Shown here: positions 1-12,693 of the stretch, one piece after another
How positions within the stretch are numbered: position 1 is the first letter of the stretch
Layout: each line of letters starts with the position of its first letter
Source: Lama glama
Lineage: Eukaryota
Length of the DNA stretch: 64,000 bases
Assembly (NCBI GenBank): GCA_028534125.1
Contig: CM052816.1
Location: 26,910,001 to 26,974,000 of the forward strand
Direction of reading: 5' to 3'
Notes under the pieces: model-generated
The model's input: only the letters and a program-made list of their open reading frames with translations
Told to the model about the DNA's origin: nothing
Database searches by the model: none
Translations under genes and position numbers: made by a program

Positions 1-623
1 GAACTCTAATTCGAAAAGATACATGCACCCCAATGTGCACAGAAGTACTATTTACAATAGTCAAGACATGGAAACAACCTAAATGTCCATCAACAGATGA
101 CTGGATAAAGAAGCTGTGGCATATTTATACAATGGAATACTACTCAGCCATAAAAAAACAATAAAACAATGCCATTTGCAGCAACATGAATGAACCTAGA
201 GATGATCTTACTAAATGAAGTAAGTCAGACAGAGAAAGACAAGTGTCATATGATATCACTTATATGTGGAATCTAAAAAATGACACAAATGAACTTATTT
301 ACAAAACAGAGACAGACTCACAGACATAGAAAACAAACTTATGGTTACCAAAGGGGAAAGGAGTGGGGGAGGGATAAATTGGGAATTTGGGACTAACAGA
401 TACACACTACTATATATAAAATAGATAAACAATGAAGTCCTACTGTATAGCATGGGGAACTACATTCAATATCTTATAATAACCTATAAGAGAAAAGAAT
501 ATGAAAAGGAATATATATGTATACATATATACTCAGTGTGTGTGTGTGTGTGTGTGTGTATCACTATGCTGTATACCAGAAACTAATACAAAATTGTAAA
601 TCGACTATACCTTTAAAAAAAAA
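1..623 (+). mobile_element. LINE-1 3' end (ORF2 C-terminus + 3'UTR + A tail), artiodactyl-type; truncated by window edge
   Basis: AAAGATACATGCACCCCAATG...CAACCTAAATGTCCATCAACAGATGA...TACTCAGCCATAAAA motifs; internal (GT)n; A-rich tail. Confidence 0.9.
536..559. repeat. (GT)12 microsatellite within L1 3'UTR
   Basis: Read directly. Confidence 0.95.
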
Positions 624-784
624 CCCTTCATTTTTATAGGGAAAAAGTACATAGTTCTTATGGATTGCCCATGCAAATATGCACTTCTAAAGAAGTCTTT
701 TAGTATTTTGCTGTCATGTGCTTGAGGCTTATGCAGTTTAGGGGGAGTGCAGCAGGGCCCAAAGTGTCTGGGCTTGAAGGTAAG

Positions 785-950
785 CCAGACCTGGGTTCTC
801 ACCTGAACAGACTTCTTCATGCCTCAGTCTCCTCATTTGTAAAGTTGGGAGAGAGTTATGAGGATAAAAACGTAACTGAGAGAATAAGTGAAAAGCCCAT
901 AGTATAGTGCTGGACATATAACAGAAAAATAGTTGCTGTTACCATCCTGG
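785..950 (+). mobile_element. MIR SINE fragment
   Basis: GACCTGGGTTC ... GCCTCAGTCTCCTCATTTGTAAAG resembles the MIR core. Confidence 0.65.
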
Positions 951-1446
951 ATCCAAAAAACAGGAGAAGAATGACAGATACTCTTTATTGCAGCAACACA
1001 CGAGAGGCACTCATTTTACCTTTTCTCATTTCATCTCTATCTGTGACCTGGACACCCCTCATCTCCTGTTTGGTGCCACCTGCCCAGGGGTCTCTCGGAG
1101 TTTGTGCTGCATAGGAGGAAGCTGCTTAGCCTGCCAGGTCGATTTCATGTAGTAAGCTCTCTGTCTTGTAACGAAGCCTGCCAGGATTCTGGTGCTGGGA
1201 GAGGTGCTGTGCAGAGTTATCCTAGACTGGACCACAGTGCCAGCAGACCCAGTGACTAGGATTCTCCCTGAATCAGTTCAATCCCAAGGGTTCTGGCCTC
1301 ACAGCTGCCCGAGTGGTCCTGGTGGAGGTGTCATGCTAGTACCTTAAGTGATGTTCCTAGGATTTGGAAGTCAGATTTGAAAGATGGACACAGTTCATTG
1401 GGGATTAATTTAGGCAACCAAAGAGAGCTTTCCAGTATCACCATTA

Positions 1447-1539
1447 AAACAGAAACTCAGTACAAAGAACAGTCCATGAGAGAGAAAACAGAAACTCAAA
1501 CAGAAACTCAGTACAAAGAACAGTCCATGGGAGAGAAAA
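1447..1539. repeat. Local tandem duplication (about 42-nt unit twice, period 51)
   Basis: AAACAGAAACTCAGTACAAAGAACAGTCCATG[A/G]GAGAGAAAA at 1447 and 1498. Confidence 0.95.
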
Positions 1540-1694
1540 TTTTGGTAATTGGAGGAAATGTTTCATAAGCTTAAATGTCTAGTAATCTGCAGAGTTAAAA
1601 TACAGGAAGCATTTTCATACTGAAAATGGATACAGAAACAAAAGTGCCAGGAAACGGTTTATTAAATAATAATGGTGAAAAATGATTTAAAATC

Positions 1695-1935
1695 TTAGTT
1701 TTGATTCGCACTTCTCTGATAAGTAGTGATATTAAGTATCTTTTCATGTGCCTACTGGCCATCTGTCTGTCTTCAATGGAGAAATGTCTATTTAGGTCTA
1801 AGGGCTATTCTTGATTCTTCCTTCCTCCTGAGCTCCAGTCATCTGTCGATGGACATTTAGATTGCTTCCATGTCCTGGCTACTGTAAATGGTGCTGCTAT
1901 GAACACTGGGGTGCATGTATCTTCCAAATTAGAAA
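1695..1935 (-). mobile_element. Two L1 ORF2 3' fragments
   Basis: TTTGATTCGCACTTCTCTGATAAG...GGAGAAATGTCTATTTAGGTC and CATCTGTCGATGGACATTTAG...GGGGTGCATGTATCTT. Confidence 0.8.
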
Positions 1936-4794
1936 AATGAAGTCTTAACATGCAAGCTCTCTCAGGTTCTGAGTAATCTTTTCTCCTGGCATCATATTTT
2001 GCATTTGTTAAAACTTTATCATTAATTAGTTTTGACAGAGTGTGCCTACTGGACATAAGAAAATTCTAAACAGTTCATGAATAAAATAAACACAGGTCAA
2101 ACTCTAATTCAACTTCATGAACCCCAAGTTCCTTTGCCATGTAGGAATTTCAACCAAATGTTTACTTACTTATTTTGCTTTGCTTTGGTGGTAAAGCAAA
2201 GGAACAGGAGAGGGGTTGAGAGTACCAAGTGTACTCAAATCAGAAATCCCACACAAGCCTAACTCAGGGAACTCTCTATAGAAATTTAACAGCAAGATTT
2301 CAATTTTGAGAAACAAATGCCAACACTAACTACTACAGAACCAACCATGTTTTAAGGGGTTTACACCTATTATTTCATTTGATTAGAACAATTGAAAATG
2401 GTTACAAAGCAATTACCATTATCCCTATTTAAGGGAGCCAAGGCTCAGAGCATTTAAGCAACTGGTAACCATCAAACACATGGTTAGGAAGTGGCTGGGT
2501 GTCTTCCAAAGTCCACTCTTCAGCTGCGTTCCTACCTCCCTTCTCATAGAAAGTCCTCTCAAAGAGGTCTAGTTCACAAAATAAACAAGTGTCTGCCTGA
2601 TTTACAAAAGCTGGCTCTAATGCTGTGTGGTCCAGCATCAGAACAAGTAAAACAGGCCGACACCAGACAGCACCCAAGGACACACATCCAGTTTCCTCTC
2701 TACTTGGACAATCTCACCCATTCAGTGCTCTCTGGTTGCCCCATGGGTTAGACAACAAGGAAACCCATTAAGAGACCCTTCTCCCAGCTGCCCTCCTATA
2801 TTTCATACTGGCTTCAAGCCCATGTTTTGGTACCTGGCCTTCAGAGAAGGACTGACCCAAGGCTGTGAAGGCAGAGAGAGGCCTAAATACAGCACAGTTC
2901 TTACGAGCTAACTGTAATCTGACATGTCTTATGTCATTTGGTCTTGGCAATGACCTTACGGGTTGGGTACTACTGTTCATCTATTTTAAAGATAAGAAAA
3001 CTGAGGTTAACAGTTTTCTCATATTTAAGTTTGTTAACATAACTGTATATATTCATTCAGCTCTCCATGGAACAATACAGGATTAGTGATTTAACTATAG
3101 CTCAAGTGTACAGTGGGTTCAAAGGAAGAAATCTATTTGAAAGAGAATTCTGGAATTTTCAGAGGGTCTTGGACAGAAAGCACTGAAAGTGATGGCATCC
3201 CTAGAGCCCAGTACTGGAGGCCTTTAAGAACCATAAGTGGGATGAATTAATGTGAGTAAATATTGGGGCTGATAAAATTGAGCCTCACACTCCACATCTG
3301 TGTGCCTTCCCCCAGCCCTCGTCCCTTGCCCCCCTCACAGCTCCTGCCTGTGGTGCTTCCACGGGGCTCCTCTGCCAGCCCGGTCTTGAGTCCCTACACA
3401 GCACCCAGCACACCAATGTTCTCAGCCTAATCACATCAACTGAGCTAAACTTGCAAGAAAGCAGACAGTCAACCTCCCTAGCCAGGCATTTAGAATTCTC
3501 TGGGCCACAGAATGGTCAACAACACAGAACTTTTCTAGACCCAAAACTCACTCACTGAAGGAGCAAACCTTGACTGCAGCAACAGCTTCAAACACAAAAC
3601 TCCAGATTATAATGACATTCCTTAAAACTGGCATCATATGAACCTGGCTAAACCTGAACACCGATGAGTCAGAAGTCAAAAGTTCTCCTGCTCAGAGCAA
3701 AGCACACATGAATGGGTCTCAGTGGGCCTGGCCCACCACCACGCACAGACCAGAGTCAGATATGGACACACTTACAGATGTAGGTTTGGTTGTCTGGCCT
3801 CTCCTAAAAAGACCTTGTTATATCAGAAATAAAGAGCAAACCATTCAAAGCTTTACCTGAGAACACTGTTAGGAGTCCACAAGGAAGAAGAGCAGCTAGA
3901 ACTTCATCTCAGCACAATCAATCAATCAATAGCCCTGGTCAACAATGGGTTCTTTAACCACATGAGCAACATTCTTCATTTGTTCTCACTTATGAGGTGA
4001 TGAGGATGTTTTCGGTGTCGCTCTCTAATTTGAAAGCACTGCAAGGGTCTTTTGATGATGCTTAGTTTTAAAAACAATCCACTTAAAGCAGTGAATTAAA
4101 AGATGGAACTATTCAGAGGTGAAAAAAATTTTCATACTAGATGAAAGGAAGGTAAAATACATGATGATATATTAACCCCTGTTGGGGTTAATAACTTGGA
4201 AGCCCCAGACAGCGCGTTCTTACTATGTGCCCAGTACTTACATGGATCCTTGAGAGAAAACTGAGGTCAGCGCTTTAGGGAAACGAGGGAGGGTGATGAC
4301 TTAACACCAGTTCCCTTGCTGGGAGGTAACAAGCCAGAATGTGGAACCAAGTTTGTCTGCCTCCGAAGCTTACAAATGACACTCCTTAGAAGTTCCTCAA
4401 ACTTGCTGGGGTCAGAAAACCTTTTCTTAAGTTCATTTGTTTATAGATCCAAAGAGTGTTTTAAGTGCTCAGTCCTAGATACACTTTGGCTGAATTAGAA
4501 TGTAAACCAATCCTTTAAAGCTTTAAAACAAAGCTGACATTTCTCCTTCATGCTAAATATACACTCTACAGGGTATCTTTTTCAAAACTGGTAAGTCACC
4601 TACTCCGTAGTTTGCAGGCTTAGCTACAAATTAAAATCACCTGAAGAGCTTTTACACCTTACCAACGCCTTAGGAATCATGGGGGATCGAGTCTGAAATT
4701 GCTCTTAAGAACCACTGACTTACCCTATTAAGATGTGCTGGGGCAAGTAACCTGCCTTAATGATCTCAAGCGTTGTGGCAACATTTTAAGTGCA

Positions 4795-4955
4795 GTTATC
4801 AGTTTCTGCTCATCAGAATCACCCAGGGACCTTTTGAAACTTCCGTTGCTCAATACTCCAGAACCATCAGACTTGTTGAGGGTGGGACCCAGGCATCTGT
4901 AGTTTATAAAGATCTCCAGGTGATTTCACGGTGCAGCAAGGGCTAGGCATGACAG
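4795..4955. mobile_element. MER5-type hAT MITE (a second degraded copy at about 4605-4720)
   Basis: CATCAGAATCACC...GGGTGGGACCCAGGCATCTGTAGTTT...CTCCAGGTGATT. Confidence 0.7.
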
Positions 4956-4973
4956 CTTTAGTGGCTAGTTTTT

Positions 4974-5031
4974 GGGGTTTTTTAAAACTTTTTTTTATTG
5001 CGTTATAGTCATTTTACAATGTTGTGTCAAA
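4974..5031 (-). mobile_element. Ultra-short L1 3'-terminal insertion with TSD
   Basis: TTTTTATTGCGTTATAGTCATTTTACAATGTTGTGTCAAA flanked by TAGTGGCTA[G/A]TTTTT at 4959-4973 and 5032-5046. Confidence 0.8.
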
Positions 5032-6920
5032 TAGTGGCTAATTTTTTGCACAAGAAGCCCAAGCACTTATTTGGATGGTGTCCCAATCGGTCCTCCACCA
5101 GCAACACCATCACATCCACAATTAGCCTTGTTCTCAAACTGCCTGCCTTCTCCCAAGGTTGGTGCTGACACCCAAGTCTTTCCATTTGTCATTCAAAAGT
5201 GCCTGTCCACTTATGAGAAATGATGCCTGACTCTCTTCTGTCCTTCAGAACTATGCCTACTATGGAATGATTCATCTCGTCTGCAGGTCAAACATTTGTC
5301 ATTCTCTCCCCACTTTCAATTTTTTTAATCTCCACTTCCTTTTCTCACTTACTGGCATTTTCAACACTGTCACTTCTTTCGCCCTCACAGACCATACAGA
5401 GTTGATGGTGTCCTGGGCATCTGAAGCCTGGGCAGAAAGCTACAGTGCGGCTGAAACTAACCTGATAACCCAGGACTCTGCCATTCACTGAAGGTGGGGA
5501 GAGATGCTGTCCTTTTTGCTCTAGAGGGTAGCTCTGTTTACAGCTGTAAAAGTTCCTATGAAAAGTTTTAAAATTGAGGAGCTTTGTGCTGCCATTCCTT
5601 GAGAAGCAAAGCTCTAAAGCTTACCATGAAATTCTTAAGGCATACTTCTGGATTAATAACAAAGATATTCATGGTGGAGAAGAATAAAAAAAACCTTTGC
5701 ACATTTCAGTTCTAAACTTTTGAATTGTGTAAACCTTTCTACATGCGATATAAGTGAAAAAAATTCTACAGTGAGAGCAAAATGCTTCTCATCCAATAAG
5801 ATTTATATGCAAAAGCAGCAGCATTCATTGTGAAGATATTCTCTAGAAGGACAAGTCAGGTGTTGATTAAATGTTCCCTAAAACATATACTAATTTGGAC
5901 TACTAATGAATGACTGACAAAATTAATCCACATCTTCACCCTGCAAACCAGCTTCCTTTCACGCACATACAAGGACATCAATTAAAAAGTTGATAGCATT
6001 TAAAAAATGCATTTACTTGATAAAGTATTGCCTGTATTAGATAAGCCTTCGTTTATTACTTTGCAAAATGTTTCCAACATTATCTCCCATTATTTCTGCA
6101 AAACTATCAATGGAAAATGCACAGATGGTGAATTCAGAGTCTATGATGGAAAAAACAGATCTGATTTCTCTACCAATTATAAGATAAAATGTCACAATAA
6201 TTTACTCCAGTAATTTTTATGGGAAAGATCAAGATTACTGACTTTTGAAATAAGGTCTCCACCAATGTCCTAAGTTAATTTCAATCCTGTACCTAATAAG
6301 TGGTACTTGAGAAGGAATTTTAGGATAATATTTAAACGTTAATTAAAAACAGAGTAAGCATTCACGTCAGTCAAGCATGACCTCTGCTCTACAAGGCATT
6401 TAAATGCATGTCACCTTGACCTGTAACACAGTAATGTAAAAAATTTTGGTCAATATAAATCAAATGTACACTAATTTATTCAGCAGGCTTCCTGGTATCT
6501 GAATCAACATAAGAAATCTAACCAGTATTTGTTATTCTGTTATTGACAAAAGGAAGCATATTTAAATGATAACAAGTACTCATGGGTGTCATTTGGAAGT
6601 TAAATTGTTCCCCAAGGACAGCCTCTGTAAACGTCTACATTTAAAGGTCATTTACCACCAAATTATGAACAACTGTTGCATTTATTAGCACAGGCTCATT
6701 AGTTTGGAAGCTGCAGCCATCAATTTTTACTGACAATGAGATTTAATTGTTCACTAATAATAAATAAGGAAAACAGACCTTTTCTATAAATGTTTATTCC
6801 TTGCACTACAATCACTTTTTAAAAATGAGGTGAGGTGCAAACTTTCCATAGGTATGTATCTGAAGAGAAAACCTAACTATAGGAAAGACTAAACCACAGT
6901 TTAAAATAAATATTGGGGAA

Positions 6921-7048
6921 GGGGGAGGTGTATTACTCAGTGGGAGAGTGCACACTTAGCATGCACGAGATCCTGGGTTCAATCCCCAGTACCTGCACTA
7001 AAAAAATAAATCAATAAACTTAATTACCTCCCACTACCAAAAAAAAAA
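6921..7048 (+). mobile_element. tRNA-derived SINE (camelid Vic-type)
   Basis: A-box-like CTCAGTGGGAGAG, B box GGTTCAATCC, tail TAATTACCTCCC and poly(A). Confidence 0.85.
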
Positions 7049-7059
7049 GCTAAAAAGAA

Positions 7060-7362
7060 AAGATGTACTGAGTTTATATGAGAGTATTGTTAACTGCACA
7101 TCATAGTGTTCAAGTTACAGGAAATCAAGAAGAGTACACATGACTCAAGGACTTTTATCTCCTCTTCTGGGTAAGGAGTTAGTATATTCTTGGTTGTATG
7201 CAGGACAGTGGTAACACATCAGGCAGAATTATGACCTTGCTAATGTCTTTATCTGGAGACGCATATGGGTGCCAAGTTGCCAAGGGGTGGAATTTCCACA
7301 GTTAATTTTATGCGTCAATTTGACTGAGCCACAGGATGGCCAGATATTTGGTCAAACATTTT
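7060..7362 (+). mobile_element. ERVL internal 3' end + polypurine tract + start of MLT2 LTR
   Basis: GAATTATGACCTTG...ATATGGGTGCCAAGTTGCCAAGGGGTGGA followed by GTTAATTTTATGCGTCAATTTGACTGAGCCAC...CAGATATTTGGTCAAACATT. Confidence 0.75.
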
Positions 7363-8445
7363 GAATTGAGCATGTCCCAAAATAGAACTTCTGAACTTTC
7401 CCCCCAAATCTGCTCCACCCACATTCGTCCACATTTCAGTAAACAGAGCCACCATTCTCCCATTTGCTCAAGATAACTACCTTGGAACCAACCTGTTCCT
7501 TTTTTTCTCATACTCCACATCTAATCCATCAGTGAATTCTGTTAGCTCCATCTTCAAAATCTGTCCAGAATCCAAACATCTTCCACTATGTTCACCCACA
7601 GAACTGTTCTAAGCCATCATTATCTTTTACCGAAGATACAATGACTTCCTAACTGAGCTTCCTGCCTACACCCGACCCTCCTCTAGTATACTTCCCACAC
7701 TGAAATAAACTGATCATTTGAAAACTTACTTCATCTATAACTAACATCTAAGGACAGGGATTTCCAACTGGTTTTCTTCGCTACTGTGTCTTCGTCCACT
7801 GTACTGATCATGTGGTTGGTAATTAGTGCATACTTAGTGAATCAAGTCACTCCTGAATAAAAGCCTTCTCTCAGAGTAAAAGCCTTATCACCCTCTCCTA
7901 CTGGCCTGTGCCTTGTCCAACCTGCCGCTCCACTCCACATTCTCCATCCCCCCACACTCCCTGTGACCTCATCTCCTCCAACCCTCTTACTCTGACCCTA
8001 GTCCAACCCCCTGGCCTCCTTCCTGTATCTAAAACACACTGGGCACATTCCTATCTTATGCTCCTTGCACACGCTATTTCCTCTGCCTAGAATACTGTTC
8101 CCTAGATAACTCCGTGACTCATCCCCTCACCTTCTTCAGGTCTCTGTTCCGAAGTCACTTTCTCAGTGAGGGCTTGTCTGATGATCCTCAAAGCACTCTT
8201 ATCCCCCTTCACTTGCTTATTTTACTAATATTTATCACTATCTGAGATATTTATAATTTAATCATCACATTTCCTTCTGTCCTCTTTACCCATCCAACTA
8301 GAATCTAAGCTCCTTGAGGGGAGAAAACTTGATGGATTCCCCTTGAAGAGAGACTTCTGTTTTGTTCATTGCTGTATCCCAAACAGGCAGATTAGTGCCT
8401 GCCACTTAGTAGGCAGTCAATAAATATTTGTTAGACAAGTAAGTA
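7363..8445 (+). mobile_element. L2 (LINE-2) 3' region
   Basis: Pyrimidine-rich L2-like body ending GTGCCTGCCACTTAGTAGGCAGTCAATAAATATTTGTT. Confidence 0.75.
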
Positions 8446-8864
8446 ATTTGTTTCCATTTTCTCTTGGTATTATAAACAATGTGACAATGAATAACTTTCT
8501 ATGTATATCCTTGTACATTTGTGGATGTAGACCAAAAAGTGGGAAGGCTGGGTCGAAAGGTTATATAAATATTTTATTTAACAAATATTACCAAATTGAC
8601 CTCCAAAGCAGATCCTCCTAGTTATAGTCTCACCAACAGTATGTTAGAGAACCTGTCTCCCCTCACTCCAGTACTTATCAGTACTCCCCGCACCTCACCA
8701 GTACTGGTTTTTATTGATCTTTTTCATTTTGAAAATTGAATTTAAAAAAAAACACTTGTTTTCAGCTTTGCCTTTCTTTAGTTACTAGTGAGACTGACTA
8801 CCTTATTGTTAAGTTTTCGGTCATCTAGACGTCTGATGTTTCTCTTCTATTAAAAACAATTTCA

Positions 8865-8915
8865 CACTGTAAAATGATTATGAATCAATAAAAAATGTAA
8901 AAAAAAAAACAAAAA
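8865..8915 (+). mobile_element. Ultra-short L1 3'-terminal insertion with perfect 13-bp TSD
   Basis: CACTGTAAAATGATTATGAATCAATAAAAAATGT + A tail between AAAAACAATTTCA copies (8852-8864, 8916-8928) at a TT/AAAA site. Confidence 0.85.
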
Positions 8916-10274
8916 AAAAACAATTTCATTACTTGTAGTGCTTCCAGGACAAAATTTTATCTGGGCATCTATAGTCCCACTAAACCACTTCATCTAACTA
9001 CAAACTCTGGCCCTACCCCTATCACCTACCCCTTCTGACCAACTCTCAAGACTTCTTTCACTTCCCTAGACCCTTCCTTGAACCCAGAAAGATCTTTCCT
9101 TCCTCAAACTGACAAACTTCCACTCATCCTTCCAAAACAAGTTTTCATGTCAGCTACCCTGCATCCACAAGACTAGTACAAAGCCTGGGAGACAGTAGGC
9201 ACATAATAATCACGAGAATGAAACTTTGCTCTACTTGGATTGTGTCATTTTGAAAATAAGATTAATTTCCATAAGCAAGGTGAAGAGGAGGGTGTAGAAG
9301 AGACAGAAGCTTCCAGTTTCTAAAACAATTTCAAAATCCCTAAATTTATCTAAATTCAAAGAACTAAGAAAGGGTAGATGGCGAGACTCAACTCACATAT
9401 TGGTTCCTCCTCAGAATAAAAATTATAAAGTGAAAACCTGAGTAATCTGTCTTTTTAATAAAAATCAACAAGAGGACAATAGCATATTTCAAATTCCCAC
9501 AATACCCTCTTTAAACAAAAAAAAGAAGGCAGCTAGAAAGGGACACTAGAATGTTTCAAATATGCCCCATCTAGTCACAGAATTTAGCTAGCAGACTATA
9601 CGGGATCTACACTGAGATACCACTGCTCACCTATCAGATGGGCAAAAATCCAAAAGCCTGACAACACACTCAGTTGGCAAGCTTGTGAGGAAACCAGTTC
9701 TCCAATAAATTCATATGGGAGTGCAACATTGCACAATCCCTGAAAAAGGGAATTTGACAACACCTGGCAAAATTAAATATGCACTTACCTTTTGATCCAG
9801 TAACTCACTGCTAGACATCTAGTGAAAAGATACACTAACAAAAGTACAAGAAGACACATGCACAAGGCTAGTGACTGCAGCCAACAACAGAGAGCAGAGC
9901 TATAGAAAACAATGCACGTCTCTGTATATGCCCGTGAAGTCGTCTCCACGATATACACTGTTATATAAAAAAAGCAGGTGGAAGAAAATGTTTTAATGTA
10001 CTACTGTTTAATCTAAGGAGCAGGGGAACAAGTATACCTGCATTTGTGTATGAGTATATATATTTGAAATATAAGGATAAACCATAACTTTTAAAAAATA
10101 GTTATCAGTGGCAGAGGAAGGCGATAGGGTGAAGAGGACATAAATAGAAGCTAGATTGCAGCAGATCAACCTGATGCAGCATGTAGTTTATACAAGTATA
10201 AAAGAAAATTAATTTTTAAAAAATCCCTAATAATACAAAATAAGATGAGACTGAATAGCTAATTGGTAGTTAAG

Positions 10275-10390
10275 AGATGCAGACCCTGAGGATGTGGAGG
10301 TCTGACTATGGGACGTGAGCATCCTCAGGTTCTGGCATCCAGAGCAGATCCTGGAACTAACCCCCCACAGACAGTGAGGGACCGCTATAC
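10275..10390 (-). mobile_element. MER2/Tigger2-family fragment
   Basis: GGGACGTGAGCATCC...GATCCTGGAACTAACCCCCCACAGACAGTGAGGGAC is the reverse complement of a MER2-like terminus. Confidence 0.65.
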
Positions 10391-10499
10391 TGAGATTTTC
10401 AGTGTGGGAGAAAGAAGATACAGTTGAAGACATAAGAGACTAAGAAAACAAGTTCCTACCTTGACCACAGAGAAGATCTAGAAACCTCCACAAACCCAC

Positions 10500-10845
10500 T
10501 TGTACCTTGGAATCGTGCGGAACTCATTCCAGAAGCCCCAGCAGAGGGGGAGGGTATAGCTCAAGGGGCAGAGTGTGTGCTTAGCATGCACAAGGTCCTG
10601 GGTTCAATCCCCGGTACTTCCTCTAAAAATAAACAAACAAACAAACAAAAAAGGAAGCCCCAGCAGACACCAAACTCTGTGGATACTCAAGTCCTTTCAA
10701 GTCCTTTATATAAAAGGGCATAGTACAGTGAATACTGTTAGCTCTCCATAGTACCAAGTTTGGCATAAACAGATTCAATGAATTGTGCACTCGTTTCAGT
10801 TGGTTGAATGGGTGCAAAACCTGAGGACTGGAGAGCCAGCTTTAT
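10500..10845 (+). mobile_element. MER2/Tigger2-family MITE split by a SINE insertion
   Basis: TTCCAGAAGCCCCAGCAGA|CACCAAACTCTGTGGATACTCAAGTCC...TTATATAAAAGGGCATAGTA...TTGGTTGAAT. Confidence 0.65.
10546..10653 (+). mobile_element. tRNA-derived SINE (camelid Vic-type) with perfect 14-bp TSD
   Basis: GGGGGAGGGTATAGCTCAAG...GGTTCAATCCCC...(AAAC)n; TSD GAAGCCCCAGCAGA at 10532-10545 and 10654-10667. Confidence 0.92.
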
Positions 10846-12693
10846 ATACCGTGTGCCCAGATCACAGTCTCTAAATCACTTCCCACTAAAGTTAACCAGG
10901 GATCTTTAGAGAAAAAGCTAATTCTAGATCTGGGGCAGCAAAGGTAGAAGATTCATTGGGAATATCTTGTTATACTAGGAAAGCAAGGAAGTTATCAAAG
11001 ATGATTTAGGTTGTGTCAAGGACACAGCACCCAACTTGAAAAAGCCAAACTTGAAAATGGCCAAAGATGGAACAAAAAGTATATAAGAACGACAAATGCA
11101 GCGAACTTAACTACATCACATATGCTAATACCCACAAATTAATAACAATGCTAACTTCTTCAGTAAAGCCTGTTATAACTTGTAGTTTGTGATCTTTGGA
11201 GACAACCAACTCATTACCTTGACAAATAAATAATAAAAGAAAGAGTCAAGCATTTATCCTGCCTTTCCTATAAAAACCACACCTTATAGTAACTAGCTTC
11301 TGAGGCAAAGTTTCTTTTTATACATGTATTCAAGCCAATAGATGAAGAGGGAATGATAAAATTAGAATATCAGTGCTTAGCAACCACGAGTGAATTAACA
11401 GATCTAGGCAATGTTCTTCAGTGGCTGCTAGCATCACAAACCAAATCTGAAAATGACCAAGCCTATACCTACTTACCATATAAGGAACAGAAGAATGTGT
11501 TAATAATGACACAAGGACGTAGGCAGCACAGTCCACTGTGGGAAACTCTACAGGACAAATAGTTTATACAACAAAATAATTGTAAAAGAAAAAGAGAAAG
11601 AGGTAGAAAAAGAACCTACAGACTAAAAAAGTCTGAGGAGATGTACTATGCAATCACATTATATAAGGAGACGTATTATTCAATCCCAATGCAAGCAAAC
11701 TGCACTAAAAAAAAATGCATGGGACTATTAAGGACATGTAAAATGAATTTATATTTACAATACTGATGAATTATGGCTTATTTTTTTAATGGCTTATTTT
11801 TAAGTATCTGATAATGATACTGTGATTCAATTTTAAAAGAGGAACCTTTAATTTTAAGATATAAACTGAAAATATTCACAGATAGGCCTGAGATTTCCTT
11901 CAAAAATGAAATCCTGGGGAGACTGGGCAAGGGGCAGTGAGAAACAGTGAGAAACAAAATTGGCCAGGAATTTATCATTTAAAAATCTGAGCAAAGGGGT
12001 CATTATCCTCTCCACTGCTGGAGACGTCAAAACTTTCATAATAAGCAGTTACTTTTAAAAGGGAGGGGAAGCAAGACAACAACTGAGAATTAAAACAGAA
12101 CAGACTCTACAGAGCAAAATAAGAAGAAATTGCATTAAAAATCTGAATCAGTACCTGGAAACCCAGCATAAGAATACAAGGTATGAGCCTGATGGCTCAC
12201 TTGTAGGATGGAGAGATGCAGTGGGGGAGGGAAGGAAAAGAAGGAGGTGGGAAGTAAGTATCTCCATGTCGTCTATAATGTATCTGAATCATTTCTTTAA
12301 GTATACTAGCCCCTAGGAGCTTGAATGAAAGAAAACAAAACAAAAGACAAAACAAACAAACAAAAAACATAGTAAATAAGGCTAGAAAACTAAACCTGAA
12401 TGGAACACACAGTAGAAGTTGTAATAAGGATACTAGTCAGTTAAATGTAATAATTGCTTCTGCGGTACCTCAAAGTATCAGCAAAGAGTTTATTTTATGC
12501 AGTACAAATACGTATCCTGGACTTTGGTTTACATTATTAATTCACATTAAAGAACTTAAAAAAAAGTAAACTTCAAGGCAGTCCCTACTTGAAATAAAAT
12601 GAATAAATCATGAACACAGCTAGAGAGACATCATTCTTTGCACTTTATAAGGATCATCTAACTTAATCCTCAAACCATCCTATAGAGTAGGTA

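Larger units (their letters stand above)
9605..12060 (+). mobile_element. Ancient L1M (L1MC/ME-like) 3' region, interrupted by MITEs and a SINE
   Basis: GAGATACCACTGCTCACCTATCAGATGGGCAAAAAT ORF2-end motif and degenerate 3'UTR. Confidence 0.55.

Noticed and set aside
1377..1568. ORF with repeated TETQYKEQSM peptide; CRISPR-like appearance
   Set aside because: Product of a two-copy local duplication in an intron; no spacers, non-ATG start, eukaryotic context.
6921..10653. tRNA-like sequences with A and B boxes (also 37190-37369)
   Set aside because: They have A-rich tails, TSDs in two copies, and degenerate stems, so they are SINEs rather than tRNA genes.
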